The notes under the pieces: model-generated
Seen by the model: only the letters and a program-made list of their open reading frames with translations
What the model was told of the DNA's origin: nothing
Databases searched by the model: none
DNA from: Malacoraja senta
Taxonomy: Eukaryota
Assembly (NCBI GenBank): GCA_038087875.1
Contig: JAXLNO010000408.1
Coordinates: 1-64,000, forward strand
Length of the DNA stretch: 64,000 nucleotides
Direction: 5' to 3'
Shown here: positions 26,034 to 37,156 of the stretch, one piece after another
Layout: every line of letters starts with the position of its first letter
Position numbering within the stretch: position 1 is the first letter of the stretch
Translations under genes and position numbers: made by a program

Positions 26034-26747
26034 TTAATTTGCAGCGATCGCTTGGCTGTTCTGGAAGAATCCACCGCCCCCACGAGTTCCACTTGGATGA
26101 GTTGGTGCTGCCATTGGGGGTTGACCAGGACGAATGGGCTTAGCAATCTGTGCAGAGTCCACTCTCCTTGCCATGTTCTTTGCTCGCACAGCTTCTTTGC
26201 TGCGATCCACTTGCTGCTGGTAGCGTTTACGATCTCGAGCTGCATTCTCCTTCGCTTCCTTCAATGCTGACTCCAAAGCCTTGACCCTTTCAGCTGTAGC
26301 TCGGAGACGTTTCTCCGGTTTTGGAAGCTCACACCGAAGGTCTGCATGGTCTCGTACCAACTGCTTGTGAACCTTGGTGAGCTGTTCAAGGTTGTTTTCA
26401 AGAAAGGAGATCTTTTGCTTCTGTGCAGCGCTCCCACCAGTATCGCTAGAATCCATTTCAGCACTCGTTTTGACTCTCGTGGCCGAGTCTTGAACAAAAT
26501 ACTTCCTAAGATTATGGAGTGTCTGGAGCTCTTTTGTCACAGTCTCTTCAAGTCCTTTGAGGTCCTGCCTAGCTTGCTCTCGCCGATCCTGCATAATGGT
26601 TAATTCATGTAATTTACGACTTTTCTCCTGATCCACACTTTTTAGCTTTTCATGCTCTACTTGTAGCCGTATGTTTTGAATATTTAGTTCACTATTTGTA
26701 TCATTCCTCCTGTTGAGACATGGGTTACCCCATGGCTCATTAAACAT
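26034..26747 (-). CDS. KIF5B: Intronless kinesin-1 heavy chain C-terminal stalk/tail retrocopy (homology from about 26669), open for 237 codons
   Basis: [10 protein letters not shown]...[18 protein letters not shown]...[25 protein letters not shown]...[11 protein letters not shown]...[11 protein letters not shown] matches vertebrate KIF5B; no motor domain, no introns. Confidence 0.92.
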   Translation of the reverse strand: MFNEPWGNPCLNRRNDTNSELNIQNIRLQVEHEKLKSVDQEKSRKLHELTIMQDRREQARQDLKGLEETVTKELQTLHNLRKYFVQDSATRVKTSAEMDSSDTGGSAAQKQKISFLENNLEQLTKVHKQLVRDHADLRCELPKPEKRLRATAERVKALESALKEAKENAARDRKRYQQQVDRSKEAVRAKNMARRVDSAQIAKPIRPGQPPMAAPTHPSGTRGGGGFFQNSQAIAAN

Positions 26748-26775
26748 GCATATATAAATAGTGATCTTGGTAAGA

Positions 26776-28090
26776 TTAGTTTTCCCTCATCATTCCTCCA
26801 TAGTCCGTCTTCCCCTCTATTACTTCGGCCAGATCAACTTGTTTGGTTGTGGTTTTGCTGCTTTTTGCATTTTCTACTGCCCAGTCCTTAAATCGCCTTA
26901 ACCCTCCGGTTCTGTAACCCACCATGTGCTTCTTAATGTTCGAGCTGATTTCTGGCCGCATGCCGTTTAATAATTCTATTTTTAGTTGTTGGGCGAATGG
27001 TCCATCATCCACCCACTGGACAGGCGCCACTATCCCGCTATTTGCCTCGAATACTTGTCTCAATCTGGCGAAATAGTGGCGCACGTCCTCGTCCTTTGTC
27101 GGCACACATTCTCTGATTTTATTATAGTCAACCATTTTGGGGTAATGCTCCCTTATACGCCCTTCCATAGCTATTCTCCTTTGTTGATAAACATTATCAT
27201 TAGGTTCCCATTCCAAATGCAATCCTGCCGCGTTATGGGGGTTCCAATCCCCTTCTATCAAACACCAATCAAAACCGAACATACTTCGCGAGGCTTGTTC
27301 ATATTCAACACTGTTTAACCGAGAACTCACGACCAGGTTTCCAAAATCCTGTTGCCACTTTGTGAAACTCTCTTTGGGGTGTGTTATCCCTTCTACTGCC
27401 TTTTTAACATCCTTGAGTGTCCACGCCCGATATACATATACCGGCTGGGCTGCTCCTCCTGGATTAGGCATGGCTATCATTGGCAGGATATTCCGCTCCC
27501 CTTCGCCCACTCGGTTAAAGGTCGGGCAAGGCGGGCTCATTAGGGCCCACATTCCCTCTGTTATTTGTTCCATAAATGGCCCCAATGGTTTAAATTGAGT
27601 TCCTGACCTGGTGACGCTCGGATTTTGTAAACCTGGTATGGGTCCGTGAACTCGGGCCGTCGCGGTCCCAGCTTCGCCCCTTTCTCCAGGTGGCAAGGCC
27701 ACTCCACCTTCCTGAAAATAGGGAGGGGGTGCACTCGCCGTCCCGGGGTTCGCCGGCAAAGGCACGACGTATTTTTAGGCGGCGATCGATGGAAGACCTT
27801 GTTGTCTCTTTTCTGTAGGTACACCGTCTGTTCTTCTTTTTCTCCTCCTGCCCGTCCTTCCGTGCTTTGGCAACGCCGAGACAAATCCGTGCCTGTTGGT
27901 AGCCTCGTTTATCTTTGTTTATACGTTTCTCAATATTGCGGACATTAGTTTAGAACAATCGTCTACCAATAATTGACCACTAAACCCATAATCCCTTTTC
28001 CACCTCCGCAGGTGTTTACAATTTTGTTTGCTATCTATAAACATGCATTTTTCATCGCCTTCGTAACTTTTTGGAGTTTGTCGAACCCAT
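26776..28090 (-). pseudogene. gag: Retroviral gag of provirus 1 (frameshifted 5' part; 329-aa open capsid part; nucleocapsid missing)
   Basis: ATG at 28090 gives MGSTNSK (myristoylation-type); ORF 26776-27765 has a PPPY late domain, VYRAWT and MHR-like IRECVPTKDEDVRHYFARL; no zinc knuckle. Confidence 0.8.
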
Positions 28091-28608
28091 ACTCCCCTCT
28101 CGTTTACACTGTCAGTACTTACGATTTCCTTTTTCCTCCTTCAAGTCGCACTTGACAAGGGTTTATGAAGTCCCAGACTTCCGTGGCCGCGCCACACGAG
28201 TAGTCGCACTCCTCAGGGACAATTATTCGCAACAATTGCCTCTTACCCTTACTTCGGTTTTTTTTGTTTTTGTTTTTTTTCCTGTACAGTTTCGCGAGAG
28301 TACAAAGTGGTTCGTCAAAATCAAACCGTTTACCTTTTCAGTTTGTCGAGCCCATTCTGATTCCCTCCTCAAGACTTACGACGATACTTTTTCCCTGTCA
28401 AGTCCAACTTGACTCTGAAGTCCCAGACTTCTTTGGCGACCCTGTCGCCTAGTAGTCCAACTACTCTTCTCAATTGTCCCTGACAATTCTGTCCGTCGTC
28501 TCTGGTCTCCGAGGAAGGTAACAAAATACAGCTCGGCAAAGTCAAAATTACTTAACCCGGGGGCCCCTTCCCACTGAATATTCAGGTTTATCTCGGTCGT
28601 GTCGATTG

Positions 28609-28916
28609 TGTTAGAAATATTTCCCCCAACAAACGACAGTCACAGCAATTTAGATCCAACTGAATGTTTAATACATGAGAGAGAATCGCACAGAGTACAG
28701 GCGTCTGAACGAGTCTCTCTCCCGAAGCAGCGCCCGAACTTATTCTTTTATACAATGGAGTAAACAAGGATGTATCGACCACAACTTAATCTCATCACAC
28801 AGAGTACAAAGTACAAAACCATAGTCAGCACATAATGTCATCCCAAAATAGACTTGCCCATACATGATTCTTAAAGGTACAGTCCCCGATAACTATAGGA
28901 ATGAATTTTTATATCA
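28609..28916 (-). repeat. 5' LTR of provirus 1
   Basis: Minus strand TGATATAAAAAT...ATATTTCTAACA (TG...CA); repeat of 24522-24831; the 28609 end is inferred from the CA terminus. Confidence 0.88.
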
Positions 28917-29472
28917 CTCCTCTCTTCCCCACTCTCTCCATTCTCTCTCCCCCTCTTTCTCCCCCTCTCGCTCTCTTCCCTCTCCCCTCACCTCACTCTC
29001 CCCCTCTCTCTCCTCTCCACCCTCCCCTCTCCCCCTCTCCCCCTCTCCTCTCTCTCTCCCCCTCTCTTTCCCCAAACTCTCTCCCCCCTCTCTCTATCTC
29101 CCCCTCCTTCTCCTCTCTCTCCCCCATTTCTCCCTCCCACCTCACTCCCCCCTTGCTCTCTCTCCTCTGTCTCTATCTCCTCTTTGCCCCCTTCTCTCCC
29201 TCTTTCCCCGTTTCTTTCCCCCCTCTCTCCCTTCCCCCTCTATCTTTTACCACCCCTCTCTCTTCCCCCTCTCTCTCCCCCCTCCCCCTCTCTCTTCCTT
29301 TCTCCCCCCTCTCACTCCCCCCCTCTCCCTCCCCCTCCCCCTCCCTCTCACCCCCTCTCTCTCTTCCCCCTCTCTCCCACCTCACTCTCCCCCTCTCCGC
29401 TCTCTCTTCCCCCTCTCCCTTCCCATTCTCTCTCCCTGTCTCCTTCCCCTCTCTCTCTCTCCCCCCTCCCTT
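28917..29472. repeat. CT-rich polypyrimidine tract, copy 2
   Basis: Collinear landmarks with about 23960-24520. Confidence 0.88.
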
Positions 29473-29876
29473 TGAGACTCTCACGGCAGCGGCGCAACGC
29501 TTCCGACGCCTCCGACGGCCGGGACTCTTGCACTGGGGCTGCTCCATCGCCGGAGCTGCAGGTGAGCGACTCGCCAGCCCGGCAAACACTCGCCAGCCCG
29601 GCAGACACTCGCCAGCCCGGCAAACATTCGCCAGCCCGCAAACACTCGCCAGCCGCGGCTCCCCGCATCTGTCTCCGCCGCAACTTCTGCTTCCATCCCT
29701 CCCTCAGCCCCGGCTCCCCAACACCCGCGGTCCATGCAGTTTATGAGTTTTGAAATTTTCGTTGATCACAGAATTTCTCACGACAGAGCGTGAGAAATTT
29801 GTGATCAGTGTGAGGGCGTGAGAATTTGTCGAAATGCGTTATTCTCACGCTCAAAGCGTGAGAGTCGGCAGCCCTG
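29473..29876 (-). pseudogene. Second, truncated copy of the TDP2-like exon 5' part plus transposon right end
   Basis: Homologous to 23492-23787 (MEQPQCKSPG...RESL), broken before the UBA-like helices; ends in GGCAGCCCTG. Confidence 0.75.
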
Positions 29877-30689
29877 ATGTTGTCACTTGCGGGCGGAGCA
29901 CCAAGGCAAATTCCTTGTATGTGAATACTTGGCCAATAAACATTAATTCATTCAGTAAAATGACCCCCAAAAGATAAATATTTCATGAAATAAATGACTT
30001 CATACAGCTGAAAAAAATCTTTACAAAAAATGTTACCTGAAATGTCTCTTTGCCTAGCACAGCACAGAAAAAGTGATTGCTATACCGATGATATAAGTAA
30101 GACTACCTAAACTCTAGTCTGACTTGCTCTTTGCCAGACACTTTCTTTGCGTAAACTTGCTTAACGTGGCTTCTCTGAGCTTCTTTCTTGCCACTTGAGC
30201 TGCTTACAGTAAGGAATGTTGGTTGGTGATTGGCCGCAATACCCCTCGGAGACTTTGTCTGATTGGCCGCCGAGTGACCGGCGCATTGTGATTGGACAAA
30301 ACGCCCTTGGAGACAGCGGCTGATTGGACGGCAGGAGACCAATTTGTTGATTGGACGGGAAATATAAGAGGAGCTGGTCGGTGATTGGACGCAACCCCCT
30401 TGGAGACAGCGGTTGATTGGCCACCAAATAATCGGGCACAAAAAAAAGAGAAATAGGAAAACAAAAAAATCGGAATTCCGATTTGAAGATTCCAGAGAGT
30501 TTCTTGTCATCTGTCCCAGACAGGACAATGACATTCTTGCTTTGCTTCAGCACAACAGAATTATAGAAGGCATATAAAGAATATCATGCCTATAATTTAG
30601 AAGGAAATTAAAGGAAAATGAAAAGCCAAGATTTGCTTTGAGATTTTATCGCATGATATCATGGAGATTCTGAAGACCAGATCCCGGGC

Positions 30690-32205
30690 ATTCAGGTCTG
30701 GTGATGCAGAGGTCTATAAGAAGTCCAGATACGACCTTGGTAAGGCCATCAAACAGGCCAAAAGGGACCTGCTCTAAGCTGGAGGATGAGGTGGATGTTC
30801 AGCAACTGTGGCGGGGCTTGAATGCCATCACCTCCTACAAGGCGAAATCAGGAGGCGGCTCAAACAACAGCGAAGCATCACTCCCTGACGAGCTCAATGC
30901 GTTCTACGCGCGGTTCGATAGGGAGAACACTGATGTGCCTTCCCGATCCCCCATTCGCCCTGACAGTGTTACAGTCACAGAGGCCGACGTCAGAAGACCC
31001 TTCGGGGGAGTGAACCCTCGGACGTTTTCAACCTCTCACTTCTGAGGTCTGAGGTTCCCACCTGCTTTAAGAGGGCATCAATAATACCGGTGCCCAAGAA
31101 GAGTAGATTGATGCGCCTCAATAACTATCGACCAATGGCACTAACGTCTGTGGTGATGAAGTGCTTTGAGAGGTTGGTTATGGTGCACATCAACTCCTAC
31201 CTCGACAGGAACCTCGACCAACTACAGTTCACACACTGCCACAACAGGTCAACGGAGGATGCAATTTCACTGGCTCTCCACTCCGCATTGGACCACTTGG
31301 ACAATAAAAACACCTACGTCAGGCTGTTGTTTGTAGACTACAGCTCTGCGTTTAATACCATTATCCCATCCAAGCTGGTTACCAAGCTCACGGAACTGGG
31401 CCTCTGCGCATCCCTCTGCAATTGGATCCTCATCCACAGACCACAGTCTGTTTGAATTGGAGGAACCACTTCATCCTCAGTAACAATTAGTACGGGAGCA
31501 CCTCAAGGCTGCGTGCTCAGCCCCCTGCTTTACTCACTCTATACCCATGACTGTGTAGCCGGACATAGTGCGAACTTCATCGTCAAGTTCGCTGACGACA
31601 CCACTGTGGTTGGACGAATCACAGATGGGGACGAGTCAGAGTATAGAAGTCAGATTGACCGACTGACCAAATGGTGCCAGCACAACCTGGCTCTCACGGA
31701 TTACGGAGATTTGGCATGTCGAAGAGGATTCTCCTAAACTTCTACAGGTGCACTGGTTGCATTGTGGCCTGGTTCGGCAACTTGAAAGTCCAGGAACGGA
31801 AAAGACTACAAAAAGATGTGACCACTGCCCAGTCCATCACCGGCTTTGACCTCCCCACCATCGAAGGGGTCTATCCTATCATAGTCACTGCCTCAAAAAG
31901 GCTGCCAACATCATCAAGGACCCAAACCATCCTGGCCACACACTCATCTCACCGTTGCCATTAGGAAGAAGGTACAGGAGCCTACAGCCATTAGGAAGAA
32001 GGTACAGGAGCCTACAGCCATCAGGCTATCAAACACAACAACAAATAAACTCTAAGCTGCAAAAGACTATATTATTATTGCACTATATTTGTTGTTTATT
32101 GAACTTTTTCTTTTTTTTCTCTTCCCCCGTTATGTACTATGTTTACATATTCACATATTCTGTTGTGCTGCAGCAAGTAAGAAGTTCATTGTCCCATCTG
32201 GGACA
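30690..32205 (+). mobile_element. Rex-Babar-like LINE RT remnant
   Basis: [36 protein letters not shown] and KFADDTTVVG motifs; deletions. Confidence 0.82.
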
Positions 32206-33060
32206 TCTATATAATTAAACGTGTCATCTTGACCACTTCCTGTTTGCACTCTGCTTTGGTTTAATAACGCTACCACATATGGCTGTGATTTTTTGGCCAT
32301 CTTACTCAGAGTCCTCCTCCGCTGCGCAGGCCCTGAGGATTTTTCCCATCGATGAAAAATAAAAGACCTATTGGTGTTTTAAAAATCTTGAGATTCTCTC
32401 TCCTGCCAATCACCGTCATGAAGGCCACGCCCCTTCTGGTGGGAGGGGGAGGGGCTATAAAACCCGGAAGTGTGGGCGTGGCTCAGTCTGTCTGCAAGAT
32501 GGCTAGGGAGAGGTTACGACTCTCTGTCTGAGCTGGGAAACTACAGAACACTGTGAGTATGCAATGTACTTGAATAAATGATTTGTTAGCCCTTAATGAA
32601 AATGAAATTAGTTGTTTGGCTTGGGCCTGCCCTGTCCTTGAAACTGCAATGGCAATGGAAATGAAGTGAAAATGCAATGAGCTGTTTGGCTTGAGCCTAC
32701 CCTGTGCTTGAAACTGCAATGGCAATGGAAATGAAGTGAAAGTGCAATCAGCTGTTTGGCTTGAGCCTGCCCTGTGCTTGAAACTGCAATGCAATTGGAA
32801 ATTAAATAAAATGAGGTGGTTGGCCTGCCTGAAACCACTAATTTTGGCCCATTAGCCGAGAAACCAGTCCCCTTTGCCCAAAATGTCCGTATTAGCCAGG
32901 AGGGGGCATATTGGCCCAAAAGGCCTGTGCCAGGCGAGGAAAAGTCCAGAAAAAGTGGCTTTCACTGAGATTTTTTTTAAAGAGCCCCTTCAGCCGATCA
33001 GGCCTGTACTAGCCCAGGTGTCCCTTAGGCCCATCAGTAAGTATTCCCCCTGTAAGTATT
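32206..33060 (+). mobile_element. Helitron-like 5' part with internal minisatellite
   Basis: Begins A|TCTATATAATTAAAC...CATCTTGACCACTTCCTG, related to the 5' end at 2466; no CTAG 3' end identified. Confidence 0.6.
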
Positions 33061-33099
33061 AAACCTCATCCCAGTATTTTTCTCCATCCCTTCATTTGC

Positions 33100-34896
33100 T
33101 CAAAGTCAAATGTGGGTCCCTTGAAGGCAGACACGGGTGAAATTATTATGGGCAACAAGGAAATGGCAGAAGAGTTGAATAGGTACTTCGGATCTGTCTT
33201 CACTAAGGAAGACACAAACAATCTCCCAGATGTACTGGAGGACAGAGGATCTAAGGGGGTAGAGGAACTGAAATAAATTTTCATTAGGCGAGAAATAGTA
33301 TTGGGTTGGCTAATGGGACTGAAGGATGATAAATCCCCTGGAACTGATAGTCTGCATCCCAGGGTCCTCAGGGAGGTGGCTCTAGAAATAGTGGACGCAT
33401 TGGTGATCATTTTCCAATGTTCAATAGATTCAGGATCAGTTCCTGTGGATTGGAGGATAGCTAATGTTATCCCACTTTTCAAGAAAGGAGCGAGAGAGAA
33501 AACGGGGAATTACAGACCAGTTAGCCTGACTTAGGTGGTGGGAAAGATGCTGGATTATTAATTATTAAAGAGGTAATAATGGGGCATTTGGATAGCAGTA
33601 AAAGGATTAGTCCAAGTCAACATGGATTTATGAAAGGGAAATCATGCTTAACTAATCTTCTGGAATTTTCTGAGGATGTGACAAGTAAAATGGATGAAGG
33701 GGTGCCAGTGGATGTAGTGTATCTAGACTTTCAGAAAGCCTTTGATAAGGTCCCGCACGGGAGACTGGTGACTAAAATTAGAGCACATGGTATTGGGGGT
33801 AGGGTGTTGACATGGATAGAAAATTGGTTGGCAGACCGGAAGCAAAGAGTAGGAGTGAACGGGTCCTTTTCAGAATGGCAGGCAGTGGTGAGTGGAGTGC
33901 CGCAAGGCTCGGTGTTGGGGCCGCAACTGTTTACCATATATATTAATGATTTGGAAGAGGGAATTAGGAGCAACACTAGCAAGTTTGCGGATGACACAAA
34001 GCTGGGTGGCAGTGTGAACTGTGAAGAGGATTTTAGGAGGTTGCAGGGTGACCTGGACAGGTTGAGTGAGTGCGCAGATGCGTGGCAGATGCAGTATAAT
34101 ATAGATAAATGTGAGGTTATCCACTTTGGCGGCAAAAACAAGGGGGCTGATTATTAGGTTAGGTAAGGGGGAGGTACACGAGACCTGGGTGTCCATGTAC
34201 ACCGGTCACTGAAAGTTGGCTTACAGGTACAACAGGCAGTGAAGAAAGCTAATGGAATGTTGGCCTTCATAACAAGAGGATTTCAGAATAGGAGTAAAGA
34301 GGTTCTTCTGCAGTTGTAAAGGGCTCTGGTGAGACCACATCTGGAGTATTGTGTACAGTTTTGGTCTCCTAATTTGAGGAAGGACATCCTTGTGATTGAG
34401 GCAGTGCAGCGTAGGTTCACGAGATTGATCCCTGGGATGGCGGGACTGTCATATGAGGTAAGATTGAAAAGACTAGGCTTGTATTCACTGGAGTTTAGAA
34501 GGATGAGGGGATATCTTATAGAAACATATAAAATTATAAAAGGACTGGACAAACTAGATGCAGGAAAAATGTTCCCAATGTTGAGCGAGTCCAGAACCAG
34601 GGACCACAGTCTTAGAATAAAGGGGAGGTCATTTAAGACTGAGGTGAGAAAAAACGTTTTCACCCAGAGAGTTGTGAATTTATGGAATTCCCTGCCACAG
34701 AGGGCAGTGGAGGCCAAATTACTGGATGGATTTAAGAGAGAGTTAGATAGAGCTCTAGGGCCAAGTGGAGTCGAGGGATATGGGCAGAAGGCAGGCACGG
34801 GTTATTGATAGGGGACGATCAGCCATGATCACAATGAATGGCGGTGCTGGCTCGAAGGGCCGAATGGCCTCGTCCTGCACCTATTTTCTATGTTTC
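33100..34896 (+). mobile_element. CR1 LINE ORF2 RT through 3' tail
   Basis: [50 protein letters not shown]; tail ends tatgtttc. Confidence 0.93.
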
Positions 34897-35557
34897 TGTT
34901 GATTCACGTTTTTCTCTCACATCGGTTGTTTCGACAATAATCGACCGGACACCGGGGTTGCTTTAAACGTACGTTTATTCAGCACTGAGTCTTCACACAG
35001 GTTAACAAACTAGCAAAGAGTCAACCTCTCTGCCCTTAATTGCAATGCCTTTTATATTTTAATGCCACTGTTTATGCCTCCCATATGCCTCCCAGATCCT
35101 GACCATTGCGTACGTGTCTGTTGCTTTGTTATGGTGCACATCAACTCCTACCTCGACAGGAACCTCGACCAACTACAGTTCACACAAAGCAACAGACACG
35201 TACGCAATGGTCAGGATCACAGGCACGTACATATTGGGAGGTGTTATTTAGTGGAACAATACTAGAGATAAGACAGGTACATTCCTCAGACTTCTGAAAG
35301 CGTCGGTTTGTATATTCCTCAGACTTCTGAGAGCCAGCTATCTCAGTCAGACGGGTGCAGTTAATACCATAGTCGCGAATATGCAGTAATAGCAGGACAA
35401 TGTGAATTTCTCCTGACCACAACTTCCTGACCCCTGCAGCTACATATTCAGCAACTTTGGTCAGCAGACATTTTATGTTTCAATCCAGTCCACCTGGCCA
35501 AACCATTTTACCTTCACAGAACAATCTTACAGCGTGTATTCAACATTTACATTCACA
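34897..35557 (-). repeat. 3' LTR of provirus 2
   Basis: Minus strand: polypurine tract AAAAGAGGGGAA (35558-35569), then TGTGAATG; TATAAAA and AATAAA in the correct order; ends ...AATCAACA; no partner LTR seen. Confidence 0.7.
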
Positions 35558-35588
35558 TTCCCCTCTTTTGCCATTCTTATGGCAACAC

Positions 35589-36315
35589 TCATAGTCCATT
35601 ATAAAGTCCCATTTGCCGAATCTCGTAACTTTCTAGTTCCCTGTCCACGGCCTCTTCAATCTCCTTGGTCTTTTCGGCAATTGTTTTAGTGCGATGATCT
35701 GTTTGACTCAGATCTATAATGTCAATAGTGCCCAGTGTACTCATCTCAAGATCATCCCAGTTATCTGGTAACATCATTTGAATAGCATCACCTGTATCAT
35801 GTTCATTTATTTCCAGTTCTGGAATATGCTGCTGTACAGAACTCCAATCAGTCTGTGTCTTTATTCAAGTCATCACATGTTTTGGTGCTTTTATAAAAGT
35901 TTGTAATCTGTTGTCATTATTGGTGGTGAAGTTACATGGCCTAGCTGGTGCTCTTGACGCTGTCCTAGATCCATGATAGCAATTGTCGTAGGAGTGGTTA
36001 TTGTTCTTAGGGAGCGGTAAGCAGTTGGCCGGTGGAGCGAGAAGCCTATCATAGCCGATGCTAACGGGCTTGACGGGGACCGTTTCTTTGTCCTGGCACT
36101 TCAGTTCTGCCCCATGCGGGGGATGGGGTAAACAGGGAGGTAACGGATGTCATTCGTGGATAACAAACCACCTGCCCCTTCCCGAATAGCTCGTTGTGTG
36201 CCTGGATGAATAAATTGGAGTTTTCTCGTTCCCCTCTCTTTCCTCGTTTGTTCCGTCCGTATTCAGGCTTTGTCCATTTCCAACCGAAACGGATTAACCC
36301 TGCTGTGGTCGCCAC
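35589..36315 (-). pseudogene. Deleted env-like / unidentified 3' ORF remnant of provirus 2
   Basis: Lies between integrase and the polypurine tract; basic RNKRGKR, NLFIQ...VVCYP, N-glycosylation sequons (NHS, NFT); no TM helix seen. Confidence 0.4.
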
Positions 36316-36531
36316 ACATATTAATAATAATAATAATAATAATCATTTTATTTACTGGCGCCTTTCTAAAACCCAAGGACACCTTACAATGCATAGAATC
36401 ACAAAAAAAAAAATACAAAACACATAATCGGAATAAATCGGAAAATCGGAGACCCTCATCTTAGCAATTTATTTCGTATCTGCGAACACAAGGGAGGGAA
36501 AAAGAAAAGAACGTGCAATTTCATAGCAAAA

Positions 36532-37156
36532 TTAATTCGTACCCTGCTTTTCGTGGACCGGATCCCCCTCCCTGACCTCGACCCCCCCCCTTTGCTTGGT
36601 GTCACCAACCACTTTACAATGGTGCAAATGCACCCATGCCGATCGTCCTTCTACCTTTACCGCGCTGGGGGTGGTGAGGAGAACCTGGAAGGGGCCCAAC
36701 CATCGAGGAGAAAGGGTGTCCTTACGAACCCAATTCTTAATCAACACTTAAGAACCCGGGGTGATCCGTCCATCAACGGGAAAATCTATGTCGCCCACAT
36801 AAGCGGCCTTGACCTCCCCATGAATCTCACGCAGGGCCCTTGTAAGGGCAAGGACGTAAGAGACCATCTCCTCCGTCATATGATGCAATGTCGCTGTGGC
36901 CGGGATAATGTCTGTCCAGGGGGTGCGCAGGGGTCGGCCATAGATGATCTCTGCAGGAGACAACCTTGTCTTCCCTGCTGGAAGGACTCTGATCTGAAAC
37001 AAGGCAACGGGTAACATTTTAACCCAGGTGGAGCCAGATTGGTCCACCAGCTTGACAAGCTTGGTCTTCAGGGTCAGGTTCAAGCGTTCCACCATTCCTG
37101 CAGCCTGTGGGCGATAAGCACAATGTAGCCGCTGGGTTACACCCAGCTGTCGGTAC
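36532..37156 (-). pseudogene. pol: Integrase C-terminal half of provirus 2
   Basis: HCAYRPQAAGMVERLNLTLKTKL and [34 protein letters not shown] (GPY/F module); continues the pol ORF broken at about 39255. Confidence 0.9.

Larger units (their letters stand above)
20665..29876. mobile_element. 9.2-kb composite non-autonomous TIR DNA element carrying host-gene cargo and a nested provirus
   Basis: Left end CAGGGCAGCCAAC; right end reverse complement CAGGGCTGCCGAC; ATGTTG duplicated at 20659-20664 and 29877-29882; uninterrupted site at about 44831-44880. Confidence 0.85.

Noticed and set aside
26034..26747. Native KIF5B locus
   Set aside because: No introns, no motor domain, and it lies between gag and env inside paired LTRs
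28585..28608. Canonical tRNA primer-binding site for provirus 1
   Set aside because: Sequence after the inferred LTR end is CAATCGACACGACCGAGAT with no TGG; partial likeness to a tRNA-Gln PBS is too weak to call
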